A stretch of DNA of 64,000 nt, from positions 359 to 64,358 of the forward strand of contig DASZAF010000016.1 in the NCBI GenBank assembly GCA_035945435.1, written 5' to 3'. Shown here in pieces: positions 50,914-60,258 of this stretch. This stretch comes from Candidatus Saccharimonadales bacterium (GTDB taxonomy: Bacteria > Patescibacteriota > Saccharimonadia > Saccharimonadales > DASZAF01). The first letter of the stretch is position 1. Every line of letters starts with the position of its first letter. The notes below the pieces were generated by a model. That model was not told the DNA's origin, did no database searches, and worked only from the letters and a program-made list of their open reading frames with translations. Made by a program: the position numbers and the translations under genes.

Positions 50914-52022
50914 GCTGGTTTCTTCCGATGGCTGGCAACAAATTTGTGAATGTTCTTTTGGAACTGTTCTTCTGAAAACTTCTCGGCCTGCTTCTGTAAT
51001 TTTGCTGCCGAAAAAGACATAGTCTCAAACTTCTTGATTGCCTTACAGAGCGAGGAAACAGTCTGCTCTTTGAAGAAGAGTCCAGTAACTCCGTCAATCA
51101 TGGTGTCGAGTGCCCCGTCTTTTTCGTAGGCAATGACCGGTGTGCCTGCTGCTAAGGCCTCAACGAGCACAATCCCAAAGTCCTCAACTTGCGGCCAGAG
51201 GAGTGCTTTGGCCCCTTGGAAGTATTTGGTAATCTCCTGGTCATCAGGACCGACGACGAACTCAATGGTGGGTCCAGCTATCTTCACGAGTTTCTCGTGT
51301 TCAGTCCCATCCCCTACGACTATCAGCCGGCGACCGAGTCTGTTGCAGGCCTCGATGGCTATGTCGAAGCGTTTGTAGGTGTTTTGGCGTCCGCTAACTA
51401 AGTAGTAATCACCCTTTTTGACTGGTCTCTCGGGCTTGAAGCGCCTGATATCTACCGGAGGAAAGATGACGGTCGAGTCGCGATGATAGTACTTCTTGAT
51501 TCGCTTCTGGACTGCATGAGAGTTTGCGATAAAGTAGTCGACACCCTGGACCGATCGCATGTCTAGGTGCCTCATCCATTTTACGAATGGGGGGATGAGT
51601 GGACGTATAAACGGGTCAAGGTTACCAAAGCCCGGGTTACGCCGGTACTCTTCATAGTGGCTCCAATAGTAGCGAGTTGGTGTGTGGCAGTAGCAGATAT
51701 GAACGGCATCTTTTCTGACTCTTACGGCCTTGGCCTCTGCGCTTGCCGAGGAGATAACAACATCGTAGTCTTTTAGGTCAATCTGTCGGAAGGAGTGTGC
51801 CCGGACAACTGGCAGTAGCTGGTGTCGTCTACGTATCGGTTTGGGTAGCTTTTGGATATAGGTCGTTCGAACATCCAGGTTGTTAAACATGTAGAGAAGG
51901 CTAGTTGGTTCAAAAGCCGAAACGAAGATCGGTGCATCTGGGTACGCTTCATGAAGGGCGAAGAGAACTCGTTCAGCTCCTCCGATGTTTGTTAACCAAT
52001 CATAGGTCAGAGCGATCTTCAC
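50910..52022 (-). CDS. Glycosyltransferase family 4
   Basis: The signature is EDFGIVLVEALAAGTPVIAYEKDGALDTMIDGVTGLFF. Confidence 0.8.
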   Translation of the reverse strand: MKIALTYDWLTNIGGAERVLFALHEAYPDAPIFVSAFEPTSLLYMFNNLDVRTTYIQKLPKPIRRRHQLLPVVRAHSFRQIDLKDYDVVISSASAEAKAVRVRKDAVHICYCHTPTRYYWSHYEEYRRNPGFGNLDPFIRPLIPPFVKWMRHLDMRSVQGVDYFIANSHAVQKRIKKYYHRDSTVIFPPVDIRRFKPERPVKKGDYYLVSGRQNTYKRFDIAIEACNRLGRRLIVVGDGTEHEKLVKIAGPTIEFVVGPDDQEITKYFQGAKALLWPQVEDFGIVLVEALAAGTPVIAYEKDGALDTMIDGVTGLFFKEQTVSSLCKAIKKFETMSFSAAKLQKQAEKFSEEQFQKNIHKFVASHRKKPA

Positions 52023-53449
52023 CTTAAGACTCCGCTTTTAGTAAAGACAACCCTGACGGTCTTGATGAGAATAAGCATATCAAGCCAGAAGCTCCAGTTC
52101 TGGACGTAGTAAAGTTCTAGTTCGATGCGCTGTTCGAAGGTTAGACTGTTCCGTCCTGAGACCTGCCACAGACCCGTGATGCCAGTCCGTACACTGAAAA
52201 GAAGTGGACTGGTCTTGTAGTGAACAATCTCCTGCGGCATGAAGGCTCGTGGGCCGACGAGACTCATCTCTCCTTTTAGAACGTTCCAGAGTTGAGGTAA
52301 TTCATCGAGACTTGTCCTCCTCAGGAAACGTCCCACTTTGGTTACACGGGGGTCGTTCTCTACCTTGCGGTATTTCTCTAGCTCTTCGATAAGGTCAGGC
52401 CGGTCCATCTTGCGGAAGGCCTCGATGTCTGACATGCCTGAGTACCGTGGAGTCATGCTGCGGAATTTGTAGAAGTCAAAACGATGGCCAAAGCGAGTCA
52501 CGCGCTTCTGGGTGTAAAAGACTGGTCCGCCATCGTTGAGTTTAATAGCAAGGGCTATCAACAGAAAGACAGGAGAGAGTACGATCAATCCTATGAAGCT
52601 GGCGACAGTGTCAAAAAGTCGTTTGGCGATCCGCCCCCAACCATTAAGGGGAGTAGGTCTGACGCTGACGGCTGGTAACCCGTGGTATAGCTCGACACTG
52701 TTTGAACTCGTATAAAACTCACTATGCGTTGGGATGAACTTGTAGGCTATATGTTCTTGCTGGGCGGTCTGCAGTATCAAGGTATTAGTTTTGTCGTTAT
52801 ACCACTCAGTCTGGATGATGGTATCGATACCAAGATGATCTATCTCGGCTAATGCCCTAGTTAGGCTACGGAAGTGTTTCACTCCATGCCTGAGGAAGTA
52901 CTGCTTGTTGCCGACCGTAGCTTCGATCTTGTGCCCCGTGTGGCGGCTGTCGCTAAGAACCACACCCAGCTCTTGAGTCGCCTCGCCATCACCTATCAGC
53001 ATGACGTGGGTCAAACCCCAGCCATAACGGAAGACTGTAGTTCTGACAATCCCCATTATTTCGCGCTCGATCAACAGCAAAGCAAAACCAATGAGGGTGG
53101 CATAGACGGGAACGATATGGGCGGGGAAGACGGCCTGTTCGCTGAAGTACTGGTAACCGATAACAAAGAGGATACCGACGATAGAACCAACCAGAAGTCG
53201 CACTGCTTGGCTCATTCGGTTTTCAAATACGGGTTTTGTATAAAGGCCAAGAAAAGCAAAGAGAATCAACCAAAATGGGAGGAGGGCAAGAGTTAGGCGA
53301 AGGTACTGTAGGGCGTATACGTGAGCGGCAAGTGGGGCGTGACTGACCTTGACACGCAATATATAGGCAACTGTAAAAGCAAGTACTAGTACGAAGAAAT
53401 CGCCACCAACAAGCAAGAGACGATATATTTGCGACCAGCGTTCATTCAT
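52019..53449 (-). CDS. Polyprenyl-phosphate hexose-1-phosphate transferase (WbaP/EpsL-type initiating sugar transferase)
   Basis: KRLFDTVASFIGLIVLSPVFLLIALAIKL...GPVFYTQKRVTRFGHRFDFYKFRSM...DELPQLWNVLKGEMSLVGPRA, preceded by N-terminal TM helices. Confidence 0.88.
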   Translation of the reverse strand: MNERWSQIYRLLLVGGDFFVLVLAFTVAYILRVKVSHAPLAAHVYALQYLRLTLALLPFWLILFAFLGLYTKPVFENRMSQAVRLLVGSIVGILFVIGYQYFSEQAVFPAHIVPVYATLIGFALLLIEREIMGIVRTTVFRYGWGLTHVMLIGDGEATQELGVVLSDSRHTGHKIEATVGNKQYFLRHGVKHFRSLTRALAEIDHLGIDTIIQTEWYNDKTNTLILQTAQQEHIAYKFIPTHSEFYTSSNSVELYHGLPAVSVRPTPLNGWGRIAKRLFDTVASFIGLIVLSPVFLLIALAIKLNDGGPVFYTQKRVTRFGHRFDFYKFRSMTPRYSGMSDIEAFRKMDRPDLIEELEKYRKVENDPRVTKVGRFLRRTSLDELPQLWNVLKGEMSLVGPRAFMPQEIVHYKTSPLLFSVRTGITGLWQVSGRNSLTFEQRIELELYYVQNWSFWLDMLILIKTVRVVFTKSGVLR

Positions 53450-53603
53450 TGTCTGTTATTTTAGAGCGAATAATGTAAATAGGCTAGTGCGCAGATGTTA
53501 GGTGTAGCGTCAACTTCATTATGTCTTGGTGAGCATTTGTCTAGACGCCCATAGTTTATAGGCCGCTAGAGTGGCATCTGGCGCGTGTATACTGATAGGC
53601 GAG

Positions 53604-55001
53604 ATGACTGACACATCTGCCGTCCACATCCCGTACATAAAGCGGCCGTTCTTGTTACTCAAGGATATCTTCACCCCTCTTAGTTTTGTCGAGCGATTTC
53701 TGCTAGTCAGCTGGCTACTGGTCATTGCCCTGATGCCATTCGATGCGCTTCTGACCTCCTGGGCCGGTTCGGTCTTTGGCCACACCTTGGTGGTCAAGTC
53801 CTGGAAAGAGATACTCATCGCTCTCGATACCTTGGTGGGATCTCTTTACCTCTATCGCCGGAAGCTGTTTAAGAGTTTTTACACCGACAAGATTGTCCTA
53901 CTGATCGTTGCTTACACGCTTCTAAACCTGCTCTTATGGGCAGCACTTCACCCGGCACCAAAGGCGGCCATCGCCTCTCTCCTGATGAACGTCCGTTACC
54001 TCGTCTTTCTGCCGTTCGGTTGGCTGCTTCTGACATTCGTCGAACGAAAGAAACTTGCTCGACTGACTCTATATGTAGTCCTAGGCTGCGCTGTTATAGT
54101 TGGCCTCTTCGCGTTGTTGGAGATGACAGTCCTACCCAAGAACTTCTTAACTCACTTTGGCTACGGCTTTGGGCAGACGGTTGTCAGCCCGTATACGACT
54201 CTGAATAACAACCAGGCCGTCATTCGTCTACAGTCGACACTTCGTGGCCCGAATCCGTTCGGGGCGTACTTGGTTATCGTTACGTTGCTGCTCGCGATGC
54301 TTTGGCGAAAAAGACGCAAGTTCTTCCTAAGCGTTCTCTTTGCTGTTTCACTCGTTTTGCTCTATAAGTCATACTCTCGAAGCGCCGCTCTTGGCATGGC
54401 AGCCGCCGTCGCGGTCTACCTCTGGCTGAGTATCTCCAATCAGAGAGTGCGCCAATGGATCTTTGGCATCGGTGCTGTGATCATAGCTGCAGGTGTTGTC
54501 GCTGTGCTCATCCTGCTGCCCCACTCAAACTTCCTACAGGCAAACATTCTCCACGCCAGGAAGAACCAGACTAATATTAACTCGACGACGGCCCACTTTA
54601 ACGCTGTAACCACCACCGTTAAGGCGATCAGTCATAAACCTCTCGGCTATGGCCCGGGTAGCTATGGTCCAGGATCGTTCTACAGTAAAGTCCCCCAGAT
54701 TCCGGAGAACTACTACTTAGATATCGCTGCTGAGACGGGTGTCTTGGGGCTCCTGCTCTTTCTGGCTATCAATGTTCTGGTAGCCCGACGACTCTGGTTT
54801 CAGCATCGGCAACTTTGGCCTCGTGCGCTACTAGCCGTCTTTGTCGGTATGTTCGTTATCAACTTAGTCCTAGAAGGCTGGTCGGACGATCCGACTGCCC
54901 TACTGTGGTGGGGTTTGGCTGGGCTTTGGACTGCGCCAGTCTTTGTAGCCTCTCCTAACAAGAAAACTCGACGCTCCCTAAATACTTCAAACCGTCGTTG
55001 A
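53604..55001 (+). CDS. O-antigen ligase/polymerase-like (Wzy_C domain) polytopic membrane protein
   Basis: More than 10 TM helices, with LYKSYSRSAALGMAAAV (O-antigen-ligase loop). The ATG at 53604 is chosen because a TATACT -10 (53588-53593) lies 10 nt upstream. The track start is 53571. Confidence 0.7.
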   Translation: MTDTSAVHIPYIKRPFLLLKDIFTPLSFVERFLLVSWLLVIALMPFDALLTSWAGSVFGHTLVVKSWKEILIALDTLVGSLYLYRRKLFKSFYTDKIVLLIVAYTLLNLLLWAALHPAPKAAIASLLMNVRYLVFLPFGWLLLTFVERKKLARLTLYVVLGCAVIVGLFALLEMTVLPKNFLTHFGYGFGQTVVSPYTTLNNNQAVIRLQSTLRGPNPFGAYLVIVTLLLAMLWRKRRKFFLSVLFAVSLVLLYKSYSRSAALGMAAAVAVYLWLSISNQRVRQWIFGIGAVIIAAGVVAVLILLPHSNFLQANILHARKNQTNINSTTAHFNAVTTTVKAISHKPLGYGPGSYGPGSFYSKVPQIPENYYLDIAAETGVLGLLLFLAINVLVARRLWFQHRQLWPRALLAVFVGMFVINLVLEGWSDDPTALLWWGLAGLWTAPVFVASPNKKTRRSLNTSNRR

Positions 55002-55655
55002 CTGTAAGTCTCGTGAGCTCCAAGAAGAGACGTTCGGGTGAGCGGTCGCGTAAGCCAGGCGAAGAGCCTGGTTACCCATCTCAAACTGCGGGAACCAGCC
55101 GAGCTGTGGTTCCCCAACGCTGACATCAAACTCATCAGCCGGTCTGTCAGCTAGGTAGGCCCAACCTCGAGAAGGGTCGACACCCACAGCGCCAGTAAGC
55201 TGTGTCCATGGGGAGAGAGTGGGGTCGCCCTGAACCTTGAATGCTTCGCGAATTGAATACATGGCGATAATCCTATGGGCTTTTGCTGAGTCAGCCTCTA
55301 CTAGGGAGTCATTGAGGAAGTAGCACGTGTTGAATCCAAGTCGTACGCTGTCAGGTGTTCTAGTTACGACGCTCGGATCGGTATTGAAATCGTTGCTCAG
55401 TGCCAACCTGCCGGCATCAACGCCATCAACTTTTACAAAGAAGCAGGCAACCCAATCACCCAATGCTCTCTGTGCTTGACGATATGACCTAACCTCCAGT
55501 ACCCCCGGCAAAAAGCTAACAACTGCAGGATTTAGACTGGCCTCGTTGAGCAGTTGTATATAGCGCCGTACATCGAGAGGGTTTCGAGGCTGGATCCGTT
55601 CAATCTCGATTCGCATCCTATCGGTGACTCTACCACTTGTGATCAGAGTCACCAA
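54987..55655 (-). CDS. Hypothetical protein (222 aa)
   Basis: Long ORF. Its 3' end overlaps the convergent ligase-like gene by 15 nt. No confident family. Confidence 0.4.
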   Translation of the reverse strand: MVTLITSGRVTDRMRIEIERIQPRNPLDVRRYIQLLNEASLNPAVVSFLPGVLEVRSYRQAQRALGDWVACFFVKVDGVDAGRLALSNDFNTDPSVVTRTPDSVRLGFNTCYFLNDSLVEADSAKAHRIIAMYSIREAFKVQGDPTLSPWTQLTGAVGVDPSRGWAYLADRPADEFDVSVGEPQLGWFPQFEMGNQALRLAYATAHPNVSSWSSRDLQSTTV

Positions 55656-55667
55656 GCATAACGGGGG

Positions 55668-56222
55668 TTAGTCTCCTTTTGGGCCGTGTGTAGCTAAGAG
55701 CCGTTTTTGCCTGCCATACTCCCGGCTGGTCAGGTAAACAATCAGGCAGTCGAAGAGCGTCAGCAGTGTCAACGTAATCGAGAAGCGGACAAATGTAATC
55801 CTATAGATCTGGTAGACGATAAAGCCGATCGTCAAAACGACAAGGCCTATATAGGCCCAGAGGCGATCTCTCAAAATTTCAATAACCAGCACGACCTTTG
55901 AGAGACCATGTGCCAACAGGTATATAGCCCCGAACAGCAGGGCAGAGTGTGTTGCGTAGTGGACGCTATGCAGGATGTGATTAGCTAAAAAGTCCTTTGG
56001 GTCCTCACTGAGTTCTTCTTGAGTAACGAAGTGGATCAGATGGTTAACGTCACTCGGTCGGACAAAGAGCAGAACTAGTCCGCCGATGGTCTCGATAATT
56101 CCATCCAAGGCCTTGAGCAAGATGCTGATAACAAAGACCTTATCCAGATCGTTACGGATCTTAAAAGTAGGCATATGCATACTTTGATTGTACCTCGCGA
56201 CCACTAAAAGGGAAGTTGACAT
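55668..56222 (-). CDS. DUF2127-family membrane protein
   Basis: ISILLKALDGIIETIGGLVLLF and four TM helices, typical of DUF2127. Confidence 0.6.
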   Translation of the reverse strand: MSTSLLVVARYNQSMHMPTFKIRNDLDKVFVISILLKALDGIIETIGGLVLLFVRPSDVNHLIHFVTQEELSEDPKDFLANHILHSVHYATHSALLFGAIYLLAHGLSKVVLVIEILRDRLWAYIGLVVLTIGFIVYQIYRITFVRFSITLTLLTLFDCLIVYLTSREYGRQKRLLATHGPKGD

Positions 56223-56288
56223 TTTTGCACATTCGTGCTAGAATAACAATATCTACAACAAAAGATAAACACAGGTAAAAACAAAAAA

Positions 56289-56432
56289 ATGAGTGTCGAA
56301 GACAGAATTCTACGTTTTCAGGAGCGGATCAAGAACCGTCTTGAAGAGATCGAAGCCATGGAAAATGACAACCGCATCGCTCTCGTCCCGGTCGTCGGCC
56401 TCGACCAATCCGAGCTTAGTAACGATCGATAG
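56289..56432 (+). CDS. Possible small ORF (47 aa, helical)
   Basis: MSVEDRILRFQERIKNRLEEIEAMENDNRIALVPVVGLDQSELSNDR lies in an otherwise empty 250-bp gap. No Shine-Dalgarno was recognised. Confidence 0.2.
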   Translation: MSVEDRILRFQERIKNRLEEIEAMENDNRIALVPVVGLDQSELSNDR

Positions 56433-56478
56433 AGACGCCCGATCGCCTTTCTAGGCCAGCTGTGGTTGAATAGAGACT

Positions 56479-56937
56479 ATGAGTAGAGCAGTGGCCGAGC
56501 ACCCGTCCGCGCTGGTGCGTCTACACAGAGAGCTGAAAGAGTGGGTTGTTATCCCCTATCTTCTCGAGGGACAGATCTACTTTTGGAGTGGCTACCTCGT
56601 ATTCGTTCTCTGCTACCACTTTCTTGGTTTCCGGCTCTTTCCCTCGACAGCAATTCAGTATGTTTTTGGCTTGATCATCAACTTCATCCTGGTGCGTTAC
56701 TGGGTCTTTGCCAAACAGGCTCGACGTGATCATCTCAAAGCTGGGATTATAAAGTACGGTCTCTATCTGGCCCTTAACTACTTTGTCACCTACTTCCTGC
56801 TTAAGGGTATGCAAGACTATCTGGATATCACACCATATATTGGCCAGTTCATTGCGGCAGGGTTTATGACGTTCTGGAATTACTTCAATTACCGAACCTG
56901 GGTCTTTAAAGGCCCAACACGCATACATCACAATTGA
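56479..56937 (+). CDS. GtrA-family membrane protein
   Basis: YVFGLIINFILVRYWVF... and the C-terminal FWNYFNYRTWVF motif, with four TM helices. Confidence 0.75.
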   Translation: MSRAVAEHPSALVRLHRELKEWVVIPYLLEGQIYFWSGYLVFVLCYHFLGFRLFPSTAIQYVFGLIINFILVRYWVFAKQARRDHLKAGIIKYGLYLALNYFVTYFLLKGMQDYLDITPYIGQFIAAGFMTFWNYFNYRTWVFKGPTRIHHN

Positions 56938-56975
56938 TTCGGCAGATAATAGGGGTTATCATAAGCATATTCATC

Positions 56976-57446
56976 ATGACTCCTAGCGAAATGCGACCCA
57001 GCAAAAAACAACGTGAGCTCCTCGATTTTATCGAGAATTTCATAAACGAACACGGATATGGGCCGAGTTATCGGGAGATAATGAGGGGAATGGGTTATAA
57101 GTCTGTTTCAACCGTAGCTATCCATATCGATAATCTAATCTCTAAAGAATGCCTCAGAAAGCGGACGCGCTCAGCTCGCTCGCTTGAAGTTATGAGACAG
57201 AGCGCAGAGGTGCCAGTACAGTCATCCGCCAAAGCTTCTCCTGAGAAATGGCTCGTCGGGCAAGTCGATAAGAGGTTTCAGGCAGTTGAGAAGTCTGCCA
57301 AAAAAGTCGAAGAGGAAGCCTTGAATGATCTCTACGTTCTCGTCGGAACACTGCACATACTAGGTATGAAAGAGCATGCCGAGAGCGCCAAGTCACGCCT
57401 CATGGCTCTAAAAGAAAAGGTCAGTGCTCCTGTTGAAGCAAATTGA
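56976..57446 (+). CDS. LexA N-terminal DNA-binding domain protein lacking the S24 peptidase domain
   Basis: SKKQRELLDFIENFINEHGYGPSYREIMRGMGYKSVSTVAIHIDNLISKECLRK is the LexA winged-helix domain. The remainder is a short helical tail with no Ala-Gly cleavage site and no Ser/Lys peptidase domain. Confidence 0.7.
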   Translation: MTPSEMRPSKKQRELLDFIENFINEHGYGPSYREIMRGMGYKSVSTVAIHIDNLISKECLRKRTRSARSLEVMRQSAEVPVQSSAKASPEKWLVGQVDKRFQAVEKSAKKVEEEALNDLYVLVGTLHILGMKEHAESAKSRLMALKEKVSAPVEAN

Positions 57447-57482
57447 CCACCCTCGTTAATACAGATATAATAACCTGCGTAT

Positions 57483-57557
57483 TCCGGGGTAGCTCAATGG
57501 TAGAGCGTTCGACTGTTAATCGAATGGTTGCGAGTTCGAGTCTCGCCCCCGGAGCCA
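57483..57557 (+). tRNA. tRNA-Asn (anticodon GUU), CCA encoded
   Basis: The sequence reads TCCGGGG-TA-GCTC-AATGGTA-GAGC-G-TTCGA-CTGTTAA-TCGAA-TGGTT-GCGAG-TTCGAGT-CTCGC-CCCCGGA-G-CCA. Confidence 0.88.
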
Positions 57558-57564
57558 ATTTACT

Positions 57565-57876
57565 TCATTTAGACTTCGATTGCTTACTTAGTACCCACTG
57601 CACCGACGGGCTTATCGACTTATCTGTACGATGGATGCAGCCTAGCCAGCAACATGGTCTGCGCATACCTTCTTTAAGTTCAGAAACAACTCGCCTGACG
57701 TGTTCATCTCTGGTTTTTTGCTGCTTGACAGTTACTGTCCAGCAGATCCATTCATTACGCGCCAACGGTGTTATATCCTCCCATCTTTCCAATGCAGACT
57801 TGTCAGATAACAGAGCCTTGCGTAAGTCGGCCGGCATTTTGTGTACAGTACCACCGGATATCTCGTGTTTTGCCAT
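57565..57876 (-). CDS. YdeI/OmpD-associated family protein
   Basis: WEDITPLARNEWICWTVTVKQQKTRDEHVRRVVSELKEGMRRPCCW matches the YdeI-family C-terminal pattern. Confidence 0.65.
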   Translation of the reverse strand: MAKHEISGGTVHKMPADLRKALLSDKSALERWEDITPLARNEWICWTVTVKQQKTRDEHVRRVVSELKEGMRRPCCWLGCIHRTDKSISPSVQWVLSKQSKSK

Positions 57877-57904
57877 AGATATATTTTACCCCAGCTAAAC
57901 TATC

Positions 57905-60145
57905 CTACGACCAACCTCCGGAGCGTATACCAATAAGAATAGGTTTGAGGTTGGCATTTGCTAGCCCGGTAAGGGTTGTGGCGTTGCTTGGCAATGGACC
58001 TGAAGTTGTCCCAGACATGATAACTGACATGTTGCCTGATGCGGACTGCTTGTTGAATGTATCTGTAGTGTTGTCGATCCAAAGAGCGAGCCAGTAGACG
58101 CCCTTATCGATATTGATGTTACCACTCGTGAAAGCGGGCGTAAGTGTGCTAGATGAAGTGGCAAGGCTGGTGGCCGTTGCGGCAGCATGAGCTAGCAGAG
58201 TTTTCGGACCACCGTTTGTCCCGTCGCTCTTATAGATCCCGACATCATAGTGGCCTGCTCCGCCTGACGCAAACCTGACCCTAACACCAGTCAACGTAAC
58301 CGGTGCTGGTACAGTTACAGCGACGAGATATGCTGTATTGACTGCACCGGCAGCTGAACTGCTGGTCTGAGCTATCTCCCCGTCGTAGATGGCTAGTGGT
58401 GTGACTGGTGGAGTCGCATTCAGACTGTACCAATTCGTTCCGTCAGTCACGAGCTGGACTACATCATAGTTGGTTATCAGCACCTTACTGCTAGCGCCGT
58501 CTATGGTTCCGCTTGAAGGAGTGATCGTAATGTTGTTTGTTGCTGCTGTCCCGGATATGTCCTTAATCACTAAGACGCGGCTTGCCATATTGGCGGGGTT
58601 GGGGATGGTGATCGTTATGGCGGCGGATTGGTTGCATAGAATATCAGTATCGGTCGGAAGTGCAGAGTAACTCGAAGTAGTGGTGGTGACTCCGCTGAAA
58701 CCAGGGTTGTAGCCAAGAAAGTCAACACTACCAGAGTTAAGGGATATATAACCACTGGTTCCTGCCAGCAAGTTATTTCCGAGAATCGTGTTATTGGTGA
58801 ATGGCCCGCCGGACTCACCTATCGCGTAGCTATAATGCACTGGCGCAGCGGTATTGTCGAATTTGTTACCTATGATCGTGTTGTTTGAAGAGCCGATCTG
58901 GATTCCGAACTGAACGGTATTCGTTGACGGAGAGCCGAGCTGGTTGTCGGCGAAAATGTGGTTGCCGCCGTTTATGGTGATAGCCTGATTTCTGACCTGG
59001 TCGAAACGGTTACCAACAACACGACAAGGACCACTGTTTGATAGACGGATTGCTTCAGTACTATAAGTACCGCCTTTCCCGAAGATATTGCCGCTAACAT
59101 TCATATAACCGCTGCCGCAACGCAGATGCATCGCTGTTGTGTCTTGCGGTGAAAAGGCAGGTTGTGCAGCGGCTGTCGCAGCTCCCGCCCATTTAAAGCG
59201 GTTCTCAATGATATCGTTCGCCTCACAGTTGGTGGCAAAGATATTGGCGTTACCAACGTCAAAGACGCATCTAGATATCTGATTATCATAACCAAAATTA
59301 TTCCCTGGTCCTGTGTTATCACCGTCTAGTAGGATCGCCCAGTTCGGACAGCCTTGGATAAAGACGTCACGGATATATGAATACCTGACTCCATACCAGT
59401 GGATACCATTGCCTTGTCCGGCAGTCGTTCCTGACATATTTGTGCAGTTAATTGAGAGCTGTTCAATTCCGATGTAGTTTCTGACGTAGCCGCTTGTTCC
59501 TGCCGTAGAAGGGATTGCAGTTGCAATAACATCGAAGTTGGCACCTGATTTCGGTTCGATAACAGTGTCCCAGCCTGATCCGCGAAGCAGTATAGAGTCG
59601 CCCGTTATCGTTATGCTTGAACCTGTCGCATAAGTGCCGGCTGGGAAGAAGACAACACCGCCACCTGCCGCCTGAGCTGCGGCTATGGCATTATTAATTG
59701 CTGTCGAGTCGTCGGAGACACCGTTACCAGTGGCTCCGAATCCCATGACGTTAAAAACTGTTGGAATTGCACTTGTCTGCGGGCTCAGTTGTGTCCAGTT
59801 TGTGCCAGAAAACGCCGCGCCTGAGTTATGGGAAGTGGCACAGATGAAGAAGCCACCGTTGTAGCTGACTGCATTGTCGACATTGTAATTGGTGTTTGTC
59901 TGCCAGGCTCCTCTAAAGTTAACGTTGGCCGATAAGTTTCCGAGTTGAGAAGCAGGGATCTGGCCCGAGCCATCTAAGGTGGCGATTCCATTTGCGGCGC
60001 CTGAAGATTGCGTCGTCAAACCGCCGGCCTTGGTAATAGCGCTCGTTTGGAGGGTGCCGTCTGAATTAAGGGAGACCTCAAGAAAGCTGTTAAGGACATT
60101 CCCCCAAGTTCCGTTATCACCACCAGGGTTTGGCAGGCGAGTCAC
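57905..60145 (-). CDS. Right-handed beta-helix protein of the pectate-lyase superfamily (tailspike/depolymerase-like)
   Basis: The GTG start follows a TATAAT promoter. The N-terminus is MTRLPNPGGDNGTWGNVLNSFL. FNVMGFGATGNGVSDDSTAINNAIAAAQAAGGGVVFFPAGTY is a Pectate_lyase_3-type motif. Repetitive G/N-rich beta-helix rungs and a C-terminal jelly-roll-like region follow. Confidence 0.7.
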   Translation of the reverse strand: MTRLPNPGGDNGTWGNVLNSFLEVSLNSDGTLQTSAITKAGGLTTQSSGAANGIATLDGSGQIPASQLGNLSANVNFRGAWQTNTNYNVDNAVSYNGGFFICATSHNSGAAFSGTNWTQLSPQTSAIPTVFNVMGFGATGNGVSDDSTAINNAIAAAQAAGGGVVFFPAGTYATGSSITITGDSILLRGSGWDTVIEPKSGANFDVIATAIPSTAGTSGYVRNYIGIEQLSINCTNMSGTTAGQGNGIHWYGVRYSYIRDVFIQGCPNWAILLDGDNTGPGNNFGYDNQISRCVFDVGNANIFATNCEANDIIENRFKWAGAATAAAQPAFSPQDTTAMHLRCGSGYMNVSGNIFGKGGTYSTEAIRLSNSGPCRVVGNRFDQVRNQAITINGGNHIFADNQLGSPSTNTVQFGIQIGSSNNTIIGNKFDNTAAPVHYSYAIGESGGPFTNNTILGNNLLAGTSGYISLNSGSVDFLGYNPGFSGVTTTTSSYSALPTDTDILCNQSAAITITIPNPANMASRVLVIKDISGTAATNNITITPSSGTIDGASSKVLITNYDVVQLVTDGTNWYSLNATPPVTPLAIYDGEIAQTSSSAAGAVNTAYLVAVTVPAPVTLTGVRVRFASGGAGHYDVGIYKSDGTNGGPKTLLAHAAATATSLATSSSTLTPAFTSGNINIDKGVYWLALWIDNTTDTFNKQSASGNMSVIMSGTTSGPLPSNATTLTGLANANLKPILIGIRSGGWS

Positions 60146-60258
60146 TTCTATCTTTCCCTTTCAGACCTTAAGCATTTATATTATACCTCGAGCACGTCGG
60201 ACTTGGTACGTCGGACTGTATATGGTAAAGGATCAGTCACTAGCTCGTAGATCTGGTT

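Noticed and set aside
57443-57898. 151-aa plus-strand ORF from the track
   Set aside because: It runs straight through tRNA-Asn (57483-57557). It is also antisense to the well-supported YdeI-family gene (57565-57876). It is a spurious read-through ORF.
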